Positions 37,401-50,797 of a DNA stretch of 64,000 bases are shown here, piece after piece. Origin of the DNA: Lepidodermella squamata. Taxonomy: Eukaryota; Animalia; Gastrotricha. The stretch spans positions 1,364,001-1,428,000 of the forward strand of contig JBLDXI010000032.1 in NCBI GenBank assembly GCA_047495785.1, written 5' to 3'. Position 1 is the stretch's first letter. The number at the start of each line of letters is the position of its first letter. The notes under the pieces are model-generated. The model worked only from the letters and a program-made list of their open reading frames with translations. It did not search any database and was not told where the DNA came from. A program made the translations under genes and the position numbers.

Positions 37401-40400
37401 AAACCCCTGATTTGCGCGTTGTATTTTAATAAGGTTCAGAGGTCATTGTGGCTAAAATATTAACCTCACGTTTCTAATTTCGTAATTTTTCACTTCGGAC
37501 AAAAATGCAGTATGTAGCTGTATTTTTGTTGCGAATAAAAAAACCCTCAGTCGCGAGAAAAACTAGAAAAACGGAATACTAATTGAATACTGAGCCCGTA
37601 AAACCGTCTTTAACTTGATGTTTTCGGTGATATAAGTGAGTTGAATGTTAGGGACCTACAGGGGAGTAATTTAGAACCTTAAATTTCAAAGTTGAAAGCA
37701 TACAAAAATGCAGAAATAAAGAAATTGGGGTGCTCGAAAAATCGCTGAATTTAGCGGGGCGGATAGGGCGATTTCGACCAATTTCTAACAGTCTCAGCCG
37801 TGATAGATAGGGACAATCGGGTATCAAAATCGTGATCAGGACTTTTGAAACACCCTTAGAAATGCTGTCAAATAATGCTCTCTCGCAGATAAAAAATCCG
37901 CCATGTAAGGGAAAAAATCAGCAGAAAATCTCGTTCAAGGAAACTGTGCAAAAAAGTCTAGTCCTGGATTGCCTCAGATTCCGTTCCTCGTCTATATGAT
38001 TCTGATTCCGAAAAAGTATTTTTTGCAATGTAGCGCGATATCGAAGAATCGACGAGCTCAGGCTCAACTTTTAGTAGTTATGGAGGGGCGAGATGGCAAT
38101 TTGATAGTAAAAAACTGTATGACTTGCGACAGAATTTTCGGAATAACCAACATCTGATTTCCTCCTCCGTTAAACTGAAACAGAATCAGCATTGAAAATA
38201 GTATGTTAGGCATCTCTTCCAATGGGCTTTACCGGCTTGACGAAATTGGCCAATTCATAAAGAGTTACTCCAAATGACCACATGACCAAATGACCAATTA
38301 TCAGTCCGATATTTTTATTGGTCAAGATTAGAAGCTTTGTAATCGATCCTATTTTATTTCTAGTATTGCGGAACCCATATTTTCTCCGCGATGCTCCACT
38401 AATTCAAGATTGCTCACCTGTCCGTAGCCGCTAAAACTTTCACTAAGATAAGAAAAATCGTGATACGATCACCCAACTTATCTTTTCTTCATTGTCGATA
38501 ATTATTTTGGCGCAATTTACAGGAAGACTCGACACCACTGCCTTGGCATAGGTCCGCAGTGGCACGATAGAGTCTTCGACGCCCGGTAAACCCGGTTTTT
38601 CCACGTGAAATATCGACAACCAGTTGGCTGAGGGACCTCTCGAGGTCCCTTACACTTAGGGGTGTGACAACCCTTAACTTATTTTCTTAAGTCCATTTTA
38701 AGGCGTCTTTTTCTTTCGATCACTTACTTATTGTTAAAAAGTACAAAATGTTTACTTATTTCCTTAACTTGAGCGTTCGATCACACTTCGACTTAAGTTG
38801 ACCTTATTTCGCAAAAACAGTTAAAGATAAGGGCGACCTTAACTTTCGATCACCAACCTTAGCACTTGAGGAATTAAGGTGGGGTTAAGGAGCTTACGAT
38901 CACCACCCCGTAAGGGGGAAAAACATGCAGAAAAACGCGAAATTTTAATTTCTCGTCGTTCACTTTTCTAGAGGGGGGTCTGCAAATAAGCGAAAATTCT
39001 CGTACGCGAAGGGGAGAGGGTGATCGGGACAATTTTTTTTATAACCAAACGATTCCTCATCATTCGATTTGTTTTCTTCACATTTCACGTGGAATCCGGT
39101 CAAAATCTAAGCGGATGCGGGCATTAAAAAAATTGCCATCTGGCGAATAGAGGGTGGAAATTCTTATGCTTGAACTACAGGCTAACCCAGGTGTCTTAGT
39201 GATCACCGTAGCGAAAGAGCCGTCAAAGCGCCCGTGGAGAGTTGAAAGTCCAACAGGATTGAGGCTTCTTTGATAGAATTTATAGGTAATCAGAGTGAGC
39301 GCAAAAATAGATGAAACGTACCAGCCTCGATCAAAACCCCTGATTTGCGCGTTGTATTTTAATAAGGTTCAGAGGTCATTGTGGCTAAAATATTAACCTC
39401 ACGTTTCTAATTTCGTAATTTTTCACTTCGGACAAAAATGCAGTATGTAGCTGTATTTTTGTTGCGAATAAAAAAACCCTCAGTCGCGAGAAAAACTAGA
39501 AAAACGGAATACTAATTGAATACTGAGCCCGTAAAACCGTCTTTAACTTGATGTTTTCGGTGATATAAGTGAGTTGAATGTTAGGGACCTACAGGGGAGT
39601 AATTTAGAACCTTAAATTTCAAAGTTGAAAGCATACAAAAATGCAGAAATAAAGAAATTGGGGTGCTCGAAAAATCGCTGAATTTAGCGGGGCGGATAGG
39701 GCGATTTCGACCAATTTCTAACAGTCTCAGCCGTGATAGATAGGGACAATCGGGTATCAAAATCGTGATCAGGACTTTTGAAACACCCTTAGAAATGCTG
39801 TCAAATAATGCTCTCTCGCAGATAAAAAATCCGCCATGTAAGGGAAAAAATCAGCAGAAAATCTCGTTCAAGGAAACTGTGCAAAAAAGTCTAGTCCTGG
39901 ATTGCCTCAGATTCCGTTCCTCGTCTATATGATTCTGATTCCGAAAAAGTATTTTTTGCAATGTAGCGCGATATCGAAGAATCGACGAGCTCAGGCTCAA
40001 CTTTTAGTAGTTATGGAGGGGCGAGATGGCAATTTGATAGTAAAAAACTGTATGACTTGCGACAGAATTTTCGGAATAACCAACATCTGATTTCCTCCTC
40101 CGTTAAACTGAAACAGAATCAGCATTGAAAATAGTATGTTAGGCATCTCTTCCAATGGGCTTTACCGGCTTGACGAAATTGGCCAATTCATAAAGAGTTA
40201 CTCCAAATGACCACATGTCGCATGGACGCTGGTAGTCATGACTTAAGATGTAATCCGGCGCTGCGTAATCCCAAGATGCGACACCAAGTGTGGACATGTT
40301 TGTCGCAAGCCTGGGCAGAAATACAAAGTCGAAATTCTCTCCGGCCGCTCATGCGATCCTCCCCGGCTCGTTCAATTGTTGCAAACTAAGTAATTCCTCA

Positions 40401-41176
40401 ACTTTTCTTTCAGTAACCTGTATACATTACGAGTTGTCAAGTAATTGAACAAGCCATGGGAGGGTCGAGTGAGCTTTACCAGGAGGCTTCTCCTGGTAAT
40501 AATAACTGTAATTCATTACATACTCATTCACGTTTTTGGCGATGCCAAAATCGCCGAGTTTGACCGATTGTCCACCGTGGCTTAAAAATATGTTTTTGGG
40601 CTTGATATCCCGGTGGACGATGCCGTTGTCGTGCAGGAACTTCAACGCAGACGCTAGCTGTCTAGCCCAGGATTGCAGCTGCACCTCGCTGATCTTTTCG
40701 TTTCCTGTTCCGATTCGACTATCCAAGTCGCCTTCCTCACAGTACTCCATTATCAAGTAGTACATCTGACAGCCCTGTTTGAAGCTATCGTCACCACTGT
40801 ACGGCTCTAATTTATCACAAAGTAACCATGTCTAATCACCAAATGGCAAGCGAAGAAGGATTCCTTACCCTCGAATGCACCAAATACACAGACAATGTTA
40901 GGATGACGCAGTTTTTCAAATTTTGAGTGCTGCACACAACAAAGAATCTCAACTTCAATTTCCCTCAGTCAATCGACATTTTACCTCGTCGCGGCTGATT
41001 TTGACTAGTTTCCTGGCTTCCCTCTCATCTTTGCAACTCCGTTCCAACTGAGTGAGGTTAACTTCCTTGACAACATAGTTCTCATATGTTGCCCCCATTC
41101 GGCACAGGTACACCGTGCCAAAGCTGCCACGGCCTAAGACTGTCCACGTATTGAACTGGCGGGCTGATTTGAACAT
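34481..41176 (-). CDS. NEK-like Ser/Thr kinase fused to C-terminal ankyrin repeats (about 8 exons)
   Basis: GRGSFG, VVKEV, LRHPNIV, MEYCEEGDL, HRDIKPKNIFL, DFGIAK, YAAPD, DMWSFG and RPTIDQAL, then 7-8 ankyrin repeats. Exons join in frame using a GC-AG intron at 40060-35883. Confidence 0.8.
34690..35250 (-). repeat. 102-bp tandem repeat encoding 34-aa ankyrin units
   Basis: GTTGACGTCGGCTT recurs at 34706, 34808, 34910, 35012, 35114 and 35216. Confidence 0.95.
36068..36977. mobile_element. PIF/Harbinger-type MITE (~910 bp)
   Basis: Perfect terminal IR CGGGGTGGTGATCGTA / TACGATCACCACCCCG that extends imperfectly, TAA on both flanks (36065-67, 36978-80), many internal TTAAG/GATCAC repeats, no ORF. 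Confidence 0.8.
36361..40217. repeat. Tandem duplication with period 1933 bp (36361-38284 and 38294-40217)
   Basis: The two copies appear identical (e.g. ORFs at 37969 and 39902), with a 9-nt filler at the junction. Confidence 0.95.
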
Positions 41177-41399
41177 TTCTTGATCAATTGCGTACCTGCT
41201 TGAAAACCTGTCCGTATTAGACTAAAACGGAGTTGAAAATGGCTTTTTATGATAAGGTGTCGCTTCGTGCGCAGGGTTGCCATCACATTTTTAGTATCAT
41301 GGGCACAAAGATAACAAAATATTCGAGCTGGAAGGAAATATATATCAAAAGCATATAAAACCTAGTCGCCGAACACCCACGCCCAAGTAGCTGTTGGCT

Positions 41400-42490
41400 T
41401 TAGAGCTCGTTTCAGTTGATAACATCTGATTTAGGGGCGAACGAGTCTGAAATATTCGGCAAATGTCAGAAACTATGTCAATTAAATGCAAGTAACCAAC
41501 TGTTTCGCAAAAGGGCGCTGGCAGTTAGCGATCAGCCGAGCAGGGGTCGCAAGGCAATCAGCCTCATTCAGCGATTTGATGCAGCCTTGGCAACCGAGAT
41601 GCTGTTTGACGATTCTTCGAACAACAAAGCCGGTAACGTAGGACACAACCTCGTCGGAAATAGCTTCAGTAACTAGTGCGGCTTGTACCATTTCGTCGAT
41701 CTTCTCCAATTCGTCCCAAGAGCCAAATTCTTCGGTTGAAATAGGCGGCTGAAAACATCAGTATGTACCATCGGCTAGCTAAAGCTGAAAGATTACCTCA
41801 GTGGCACTGGACGTTGCGGGATGAGGAAAATCAAAAATTGTTGTGTCCTACGTTACCGGTTGACAAAAGAACCCCTCAGGCAGATAGTGTCGATATGCTA
41901 ATAAGCAGTATTCTTCTGACAGCTGTAGCTCCTTGACTCGGCCATGGTGGACATGCCACAAAGACAAACAGCCCAATATGCGACGGTTTAATTATTGGGT
42001 GACTGAGTGAGCGTAGCAATTCCAGTGTCAAGAGGCTTATTCCTGTAACTCGAGTTACGATGCACTTCGCTTAGCGAGTGTCGCTAAAATCTGAGAGATC
42101 GTTGCAAATACCCAAAGCTACGAGTAGAATAATCGACAAAATTTGAGCAATGACCCGTTATTTTTCATTTTTCATCAACATATTTAGAATAAACCACCGC
42201 GTCGCCTCAGATTAGGCGTTGACGATTAGTCATTTATCAGTATTTAAAAATGAAGATAAAAATGTTGAAGAAATGTTTGCTGCAAACGAGTCAAACGCGC
42301 AAAAGTCCTTGACGCTCCCGGCCATTTCTTTTTCGACCGGTCGATTGAGAATGTTTTCTGCGTTGACAAATATAATACCGCTACCAACATGTATAATTTC
42401 CGAACGCTCATGTGATTCCCTTGCATCGGTATCAAGCTGATTTTTGTCGTTAGACGCCGTATTCGTTTCCATCCAGCCGGACAAATCGCA
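41400..42490 (-). mobile_element. Degraded P-element/THAP9-like transposase remnant
   Basis: VVSYVTGFVVRRIVKQHLGCQGCIKSL (41482-41709) matches the P-transposase C-terminal Y-x-x-G-[YF]-V...CxxC motif. An upstream EATRWFI fragment is consistent. Many stops. Confidence 0.55.
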
Positions 42491-42794
42491 ACTCAGGTTG
42501 CAATTTTGAATCGGAAGGGAATAATATAATGAGCATTTATCCGCGTCAAATGAGGCGAGACAACTGAAATGAAAACATATGCGACACCGGGGATCGGGGT
42601 ATATAATAAATCGCTAGATTACTCAAGCAAGAATTCAGTGCAGGCGGGCTTGCCAAATTCGACAATCCAAATAAAACCGCGAAAATGTGTTTTTAAAATG
42701 TAACTCCCCATCACTAGTTTTTCATTTAGTCCTCATCATTTTTCAGTAAAAAAGAAGAGAGCGCTTCTAACAACAACTTTATTTAACGTTTCAA

Positions 42795-42832
42795 GCGGCG
42801 TTTCGGCCCTTGCGCGGACTATCATCAGGCTA
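42795..42832 (-). ncRNA. Hammerhead ribozyme-like motif (Penelope-type relic)
   Basis: Minus strand reads GCCTGATGA-TAGTCC-GCGCAA-GGGCC-GAAACG; stems I and III are degenerate. Confidence 0.4.
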
Positions 42833-43276
42833 TAAAAAACCGCAATAAGAATTAATACAGTGAAAGGACGAATTCACAACGAAGTGTCAGGATAAATATA
42901 ACTGTCAAAATAGTTCCAATTTTAGTGAGTCGATACACTCGTATGCTAAATTTCTTATTGCCATTAGGAAATAAGGCAATTTCCTTCCCTTGTAACACCT
43001 TGTAACAATGAACTGTGTTAATTTTTTCTTCTCTAAGTAGAAAGCGTGCCAAATTTAATTCGGGAGAATAAGACGTATTATACTAATACCCTACCGTGTT
43101 CCCGAAAATGATGTCCGCGTCAGCCTTGAGCAGAGATGCGGCTTAATTTACAATATTGATACAAGACGACTACGCACTTCAAATTGATCGATTTTCCTGA
43201 CCGGCGTGTCTAAAACCATACCAAATGTTGAAATCGTCAGTTTACTTTTTAAAATATATTCACCTTACGGCAGAAA

Positions 43277-44448
43277 TGAGCAGCAATGTTTCCTCAAACT
43301 TCAACATCTCACTGGCCAATGGAAACTCGCCGCGTTTGAAAGCACAACTGATAAATGGAGGCTGGATCCAGGTTTACTTACCTGGTCTGGGCTACGATAC
43401 CGCGAGACCCCAATTCATCGGCTGGTACCACGACATCGAATACGTCACCATCAGCGACCGACTTGCTCAATTTTTCGTCTTTGCAATCATCCTATTCTTC
43501 GTAGCCGCTGTAACCGTCGTAAGCTGCATCGATTTGTACAAGCGGCAGGTGAAACGCGACTTTCTAATGCTAGTTGCGATCAATGGAGTTAGAAATACCT
43601 CTTTTGCATTGCTCTCCGTTGTCGGTCTTGCGATCGAATTGAGAACAGGCTCGTGGGAAGCAGGTAACTGGACTTGCCCTGTCATATTTCTAGCTCAATA
43701 CGTTCATGGAGCTTTTGGAACCTACATGAACGCCATGATTTCATACGAACGGCGTCTTTGCATCCTGTCAAACAGGCCCAACTATCAGACAAGTACTAAA
43801 CGACTCTGTGCATGGGTTATCGGCCTCCTCTGCCTTTGCATTGTCACTTGCTTCTTTTTTGCAATCTGGCCTCGCCTAATCTGGCGGAATGAACTGATCG
43901 AAATCGAAGGGTTTAACAATGGCAACCCGGTTTGGATTTGCACTGGTTACCAGTACAGGCTGATTGGCGATGTTGATTCAAGTTTTCTATTGTTCCTGTT
44001 TTACGTAATAGCCGTCGTGATACCGGTCTATCTCGTCGCCACCAATTACTACAGAATTTTCCGAAGCATTCGACATGCCAAGCTGCAAATGAGGGTTAGC
44101 TATAATGAAAAAACAGGCAGCGTGACGACAAGAGCTCAGGGTCGATCGCTGGATGGCAGCGATTGGCGACATCGTGACATTTTTTTCGCTCAGCAATCAG
44201 TCGCGGTTTTCGCCATATTCTGCGCCGCCTACACGCCCGCGTTTTTTGCCGTCACCTTTGAGATGTTCTACACCGATTTCGGACCGCGCTATTCCGGAAG
44301 TGGGCTGCATAAGCTAGGCGTCATTTGCATTCATTTGCAGGCTATAGTTGGATCTTGCGTGCAAATGGTCAGGCCTGGTTTTACTCACAAAATTTCACTG
44401 CTGTTGTCGAAATGGACACAACCAAGTAGAACCAAAGGAAACCGATGA
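43277..44448 (+). CDS. Intronless orphan class A-like GPCR (alternative ATG at 43225)
   Basis: Seven hydrophobic segments, WEAGNWTC before TM3, ISYERR (DRY equivalent), IP...NYYRI in TM5, FCAAYTP in TM6. Confidence 0.8.
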
Positions 44449-45176
44449 AATAGACCGGTGAACGTGCTTTTTTGAAAATATCATTTCGAGTTATTATTAT
44501 GCGCACCTCCAATGAAAAGTCGTTTCAATAGTAATAAAAGCATTGCAATTCCACCCCAGTATTAATTTGGCAATTTCAATTTTCAAAACGCACACAGAGA
44601 TCGAAGATGAATCAAACAGTTTTTCGGAACATCTGCAACACACCTAGATTTCGCCATGGTTGTAAACAAAATTGTAACTCGAAAATACTGGGGAATTTGA
44701 AAGTATGCAAATTTATCAGGTCGAGATGCAATTGGGACGGGCAAAGGATTCAACGTGCTTCGTGCTTACATCTCATTTTTCTTATTTACGGCGCTCATAT
44801 ACAACAATATCCCGGTTTCAGGTCACCTTATGAATTCGTAATTTTCAATCTAACCTGTTTAAACTCTAACCTATTTTTTCAATCTAATCTAATAGCTCCT
44901 TACATCCGGGCTATCTACTGTTAGAACTGCGGTAGAAAGCGCATTAACCTTGCCCGACTTTTTGTGAAGGAGCGTCATCTCGGACGAGCGCAATATTTTA
45001 ACCAAAATCAAATAAATCCCACCGTACAGTTTCTTGCTAGACGGGGATTTTCGATAAAGCCACGCAACACCTTATTTAATGATTGACCCCCATACGGCAA
45101 AGTATTATATGCGATTAGTTTTCCGCTCGCACATTCATTAAAGTCTGATTAAAATTAGCCACCTGTGCTAACTACT

Positions 45177-45400
45177 TCAGGTGTCCGATTCTAGTTTGCC
45201 GTCGCAACATGAATAGTTTGGACAATTTTGTTCGTTACTTTTTCGAGTAATACGATCGCAGATTGTTTTAAAGCCCAGAATATTTTTGCTAAAATCTTTA
45301 ATTTTTCTTTCGCTATCGACACGCGCTATTTCGATAGGGGAAAAAATCGGGGAGCAAGGAGCAAGAATTCGAAATCCCCGTGTTTTTATCACTTGCGGTT
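45177..45400 (-). mobile_element. Tc1/IS630-like transposase C-terminal remnant
   Basis: GFRILAPCSPIFSPIE resembles the LPPYSPxLNPIE motif. Confidence 0.45.
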
Positions 45401-47065
45401 ACGGAGAAATTCCAGTGTCATGTTGGTCACGTGACCCTACGATGTCACACCTGAGCGGTTATCGCAAGATCGGTGATAGCTAGGAAGCCGCTCTCAGAGA
45501 AAAGGTTCATCAGCGTGACGAGATCTACCTGGAAATGCATTCAGTTGAGTCTCAGGTGATACTTCGTGCAAAATCGATTTTGGTGACACTTTAGTGCAGT
45601 TTGATGACAGTCCAAAAGAACGGGCCCTTGATCATCACCAAGCCGACGAAACGCTATGGTCCTTTATCCGTTCGAATTTATACGATTTCCTAGCGCGGAT
45701 ATATATATATATGCCTTTTAGACACCCTGGGATTTTAGTCACCCTAAAGGATTTTTTCCAAACAGGGTGGTCGAAAAAGGTACCACGGGTGTTTAATGGG
45801 TTTTGAAAAGGCAAAATGTTACCAATTCATAATTTTATCTTTATTATTAAATAATAACACGTTCCCCGGTCAAAACAGATTTTCCATAAATGACTTTCCT
45901 TTATAATATAATATAATAGTTTTATAATTATATAGTAGTCGCTTTTATCATCCATACTTTATACGCTTGAATTGTTGAATTTTTTTGTGATTCTTCGAGA
46001 TGCACACACGAATACATTTTAGATATACAGACGCGAGTTGGAAAGAGAAAGAGAGAAGTATATAAGAGAGAGAACGCGAGTGATATTCATATTTTCCATC
46101 GTCAGCAATTTTTTTACGATACAATTATATCAGGGTGGACGGACTTACTATATAATAATGTATTCATCTATTGCGTGTTTCAGCGACATTTTTGACCAGT
46201 ATCATGGTGCAACAACGATGAGACGAAAAGCAAATAATCGAACAACCATTTCAGGAGTTGTGTGTATTTTTTCTGGGATTTAATTTTTCTCTATACAACC
46301 TTTTGCATATTTATTTTTTTCATAGCCAACGCCAGCTACAAAACAACGAAGAACAAAGTAGTAGATATTATATCGCAGAAAGAGCTCGAAAATTCATCGT
46401 CACGCGGTGCGTCTTCACATCGATTGAGAAAATCCGATATAATATATAATAATTAAGGCAATTTCAGTTCACATGTTTCAGGGCATGGCTGTGTTTGTGA
46501 TACGACTACTATCGAATAAATACTAGGCATATAATCTAAGCGCAACAAAAGCGAGTTCAAAACACAAACAACCCTCGATGATAGCTTGCTTGATTTTTAG
46601 TTAAATTATTATTATTATTATTATGGCAAAAAAACACGAAGAAAAAAGTAATCACAATAGAAGCAGCGTTCTTGGACGTTGTCATTTATCCTTGCACAGT
46701 AGTCGACTATTCTTTTGTTCTTTTTTCCGCGACAAAAATTTGGCCGCTACTTTTCCTCAAGCGCCCATCGTTTATTTTTACATTATAATAATATAACACA
46801 TTGAATTTTCAATTTTTTCCAGTAAATTCCAGAATAACGAATATGATAAGACATATTGCAGCCACCTTAATAATAAATAAATTTTTTACACAAGTGGTAA
46901 ACCGTGCACGAGAAATACGACGTTATTATAGTAAATGGTTACATAGTGATTTTTGTTATGCACTTCTCACTCAGCTCTAACAAACTCTATTGTTTGGAAA
47001 GTTCACGGCGCTATCATTCAGCTATGATGATGATGATAAGATTTGTGACCAGTCGCGCCCGCGGC

Positions 47066-49707
47066 CTAGTCAATCTTGATTGAGTAGATCTTGTGTACGA
47101 AGAAACTCGTGCCCATGTAGCCGATGGAGCCGCACATTATGCCGAGCGCGGCGCTGAACACAGCCATGTATGAGAAATAAAACGTCGTTTGGAAGAATCC
47201 GTACATCCTATATTGCGAAAATAAATGAAGACACAGCAATCAATGAATGATGTCTAGAATTGCATTGTAAACATCAACAATAAATCGATTCAAAAACAAC
47301 ACATCATCATCGCCACATCGCAATAGCGCGACGCATCATTTTTAGGTCAAAATGTTCATGTTAAGCTGGATTCCGGAAACTATACAATACCAAGAAACTT
47401 ACAAATTAAAAAAAATGAATCGTGAAAATATAACGGAAAATTATTTAATGGAAAAAATCCTACATATCGATAGATTCAATATTAAAGGAGAGGACTATCA
47501 TCTCAAAGCTCAGTTCTTACATAGTAAGGTTTTAACGCTGGTCAAAAATTTCTCAGAATTTTTGCATTTATTCAAAAATGACTAAACCTTAATTTAAATA
47601 TTTCCCCAATATATTTGTCAAAAACATGATGGTTCAAATTTCCTAAACAAAATTTCGCGATTTTTTGGCAATTTAAAAGCATTTTCTTAAATTAGATATT
47701 GAGGAGGTCCCAAAAAATCATCCGCAAAAAATCAATAGGAAAATTTCCGGAAAATCGACTTTTGCTTGAATCATCCCAAGTTCATCATCAGAAAAAAAGC
47801 TGAAGGGACGGAGAATTTTATACAAAAAATTCTATGGGCGTTGAAATCGCCTAAAAGCCAAGTCCTAGGTCCAAAATAACCACGTTTATTAAAATACTAT
47901 TATTTGTGCAATTTTCATGATTTAAAAAATAATTATTATGGGAATGAAACTTACTTTGTTTTGAACAAAAAGTAGTAGACAGAGTAGAGATAGACGTAAC
48001 CAGCAGTTGAGGTACCAGCCAAGAACGACGTCCACTGCCATCTGTAGTCCTCGGCGTTCAACAAAAAGTAGGTGGACACGATGGTGACGCACACGGTGAC
48101 GATGCACAGGATGACGAAGACGAGCAGCATGAAGCCGTAGACGTAGTAGATCTTGTATGCCCAGAACGACGTGAAAATGAAGTACATTTCGATGAAGATG
48201 GAGCCGAAGGGCAGGATGCCGCCGAGCATGATGATGGAGGCCGGCTCCATGAACCACTTCTTCTCGGGGATGGGCCGCGGCACGGCGTTGATGCGGCACG
48301 GGTAGTTGGCCTTGCCGGCGAGGTTGCGGCCGAACACCACGCCGACGAGGTTGAGCGGGAAAATTACGAACAGCACGATCGACACGACGGCGATCATCGA
48401 CAGGAATGGAATGGCGCGCGACGCGTGGTAGTAGATCGCGATGAAGTTGACGAGGAATGCCATTCCGCAGACTAGGCCTAAAATAAAATTCAAAAAAATA
48501 AGTAAAAAATGTCACAAAAATCAATTTAATTCAACCAATATAATCATCGTCATAATTCACAAAAATCATATTTTAGAATCAATTACCTGGCAGTAGAAAA
48601 GCGCCTTGGACCATTTGACGAATCCAGCGTTTGCCGCCGAATCGCGAGAAAGACGCCGCTCCAAAAAAGCCATTAACCGGGCTGGTGGCAGCATACACAA
48701 AAATGACAGTGGACAACAGCGAGCTCCTTTCAGCGTACAATCGCCCGAAAGAAGCGAGGAAAATCGCCGCAATAACCACGGCTGAAATGTGGGCCCCGGT
48801 GCCGATGAGGGACGAAAACAAGGCAGGGTAGGGTGGGGCGCGGAAAACGTCGCCATGCACTTGTTTCCAGCCGTATTCATCACCCAGGTCCTTCTCAAGT
48901 TCATCGACCTCTTCATCCTTACCGGAGTAACGGGCCAAATCTTTGCGGAGAGTTCGCATCAAAATCATAGTGACGAGACCGACGAGGAAAATGACCATCA
49001 TAAACGAGTTGAAGATCGAAAACCAGTGAATGCGGTGTTGGAAAAATCCCGGGTCCAAGTATTTGTCAAAACGATTGTAAAAATCAAGAGGGCTCTCTTT
49101 CCAATGAATCTCGTACGAAAATGGGAGATCACCTAAAATTCGCAAAGTAAACCCATTTTATAAAATAAAAAGCAATTTGCTCACCTTTAGGATCAAGTTT
49201 AACACGTCCTTCCGAAGTAAGATTTACATCGACGATATGCTCGCCGTTGTAGCCAAAATCGAAGCGCTTATGAGTCCAGATGTAAAAAGCACCGTCTTCT
49301 CCGACCTCGCCGATGATACCCCAAATCGGGAGATCGTCAACATACATTTGGTACCAATATTGGTTGGTAATAGCGTAGGCTAGGGCCTCGTATTTTTCAC
49401 TAGACATTGTAATTTTGCAGAAATTCATCTTTTCGCTTTCACGCTTAAAGCGGATGTCAAGCCCGGAATACTCGAGCTCAACGCCTTGTAAAGCTTCGGC
49501 CAGAGATTCGTGATAATGTTCGATCGACTCTTTCGGACCTGCGCAGAGAGGTAAGCTGTAATAGCTGTAGGTCTCTTGCCGGTTGTGATACGGCCCGACT
49601 GTGTTCATCCATAACACGACCTCTGTGCCATCTTCGTATTTGTGGTCGTGTTCATCGGCGAGAGTTGTTCCAAGCGCGATGCAAATCACGGCCAATTTTA
49701 ACAACAT
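47066..49707 (-). CDS. TM9SF3: Transmembrane 9 superfamily member 3 (4 exons)
   Basis: DEHDHKY...[54 protein letters not shown], and C-terminal IKID with stop at 47066-47068. Confidence 0.97.
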
Positions 49708-49753
49708 TTCTCTATCTCTAAACATAAAATAAAAAACGAATGTAAACAATTTA

Positions 49754-50797
49754 TTAGATCACTCCAGCCGCCAGTTTCCCTGTGATATTCTCCGCCAATT
49801 CTTGAGCAACTGAAGATACCAACAACTCTGACGCTGAGCTACACCTCTCGTTAGAAAACTCAACAGCTGCAACGATGCTAGTTGCATAAAGAGGCAAACC
49901 AGCGGAAGCGAGGGTTAAAATGCAATTTCGGACTCTAGCTGCTGATTCGCGAGCAGCTATTAACGAATCCTTGTTCTTCAAAGGCTCAGGCATCATTATA
50001 GACCCATCGTCAACAGCTTTTCTACCCACAGGAGCCGGCTCTACCCAAATCATGCCATTATTGCCGATGATGAGGTTTGTACCGCATGGAAGCGTGTGGA
50101 AATGAGTTTTAGCCCGGCGTACCAATGCAGGTGGGACAGTAAGTAACACTCCGCCTTCACTTGGTGGTGAACCAACTTTACCGTATCGCAGTGATCGAGT
50201 GTGCAGAGCTAGGGATCCGTCGTGGTAAACACTCTGAACTTCTGCAGATACGACGTCACCTTCACGAAGCCACGCACGCATGGCGCGTTCGTCCTCTTCA
50301 CTCTTTCTCCGCTGCTCTCCGCCAGGTAAGTTGACAGCCGAAAGAAGTAAAATTGATAGTAGCCGAGAATTCGTGTCGACTAGCCATCGTCGCTGGCCTA
50401 AGGCAACGACACGCCCAACTACGCAGTCACCCACATGACCTACATAACGGAATCGGGGAGGTTCGACTGTGAGCAATTTATTGACACGCCTAAGCCTTCC
50501 CCCTAAGGAGGCTCGCAACTCAGAATTTGAAGCAATGGGCTTTGATGTATCAACGACTGTGGTCTTTGAATCCACCTGATTAGCTTCACCTTCTCCTTGT
50601 GTCGTTTCAACAACTTCCATGGGATTGGAAATCGAACTTTGAGCAGTATGAGTTCCATGGCCACGCATGTAGCCAGTCAAATCAGCGGAAATTTTTTCTC
50701 CGGGAACGAAGACGTCCATGACTCCTCCGTGATTGGCCCCAGCGTAACTGGGAATCAACGATTTATCCGACGGTTTAACAAGGCTTATAGAAATCAT
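49754..50797 (-). CDS. EXOSC2: Exosome complex component RRP4
   Basis: [55 protein letters not shown]. Confidence 0.95.
   Translation of the reverse strand: MISISLVKPSDKSLIPSYAGANHGGVMDVFVPGEKISADLTGYMRGHGTHTAQSSISNPMEVVETTQGEGEANQVDSKTTVVDTSKPIASNSELRASLGGRLRRVNKLLTVEPPRFRYVGHVGDCVVGRVVALGQRRWLVDTNSRLLSILLLSAVNLPGGEQRRKSEEDERAMRAWLREGDVVSAEVQSVYHDGSLALHTRSLRYGKVGSPPSEGGVLLTVPPALVRRAKTHFHTLPCGTNLIIGNNGMIWVEPAPVGRKAVDDGSIMMPEPLKNKDSLIAARESAARVRNCILTLASAGLPLYATSIVAAVEFSNERCSSASELLVSSVAQELAENITGKLAAGVI

Noticed and set aside
44300-44370. GPCR as an opsin
   Set aside because: The position equivalent to the retinal-binding Lys in TM7 appears to be His, and other opsin motifs are missing.
47922-48524. 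200-aa Arg/His-rich ORF, plus antisense ORFs over the histones, ankyrin repeats, IQUB and KIF3A
   Set aside because: Shadow frames caused by codon bias or repeats in the real genes.
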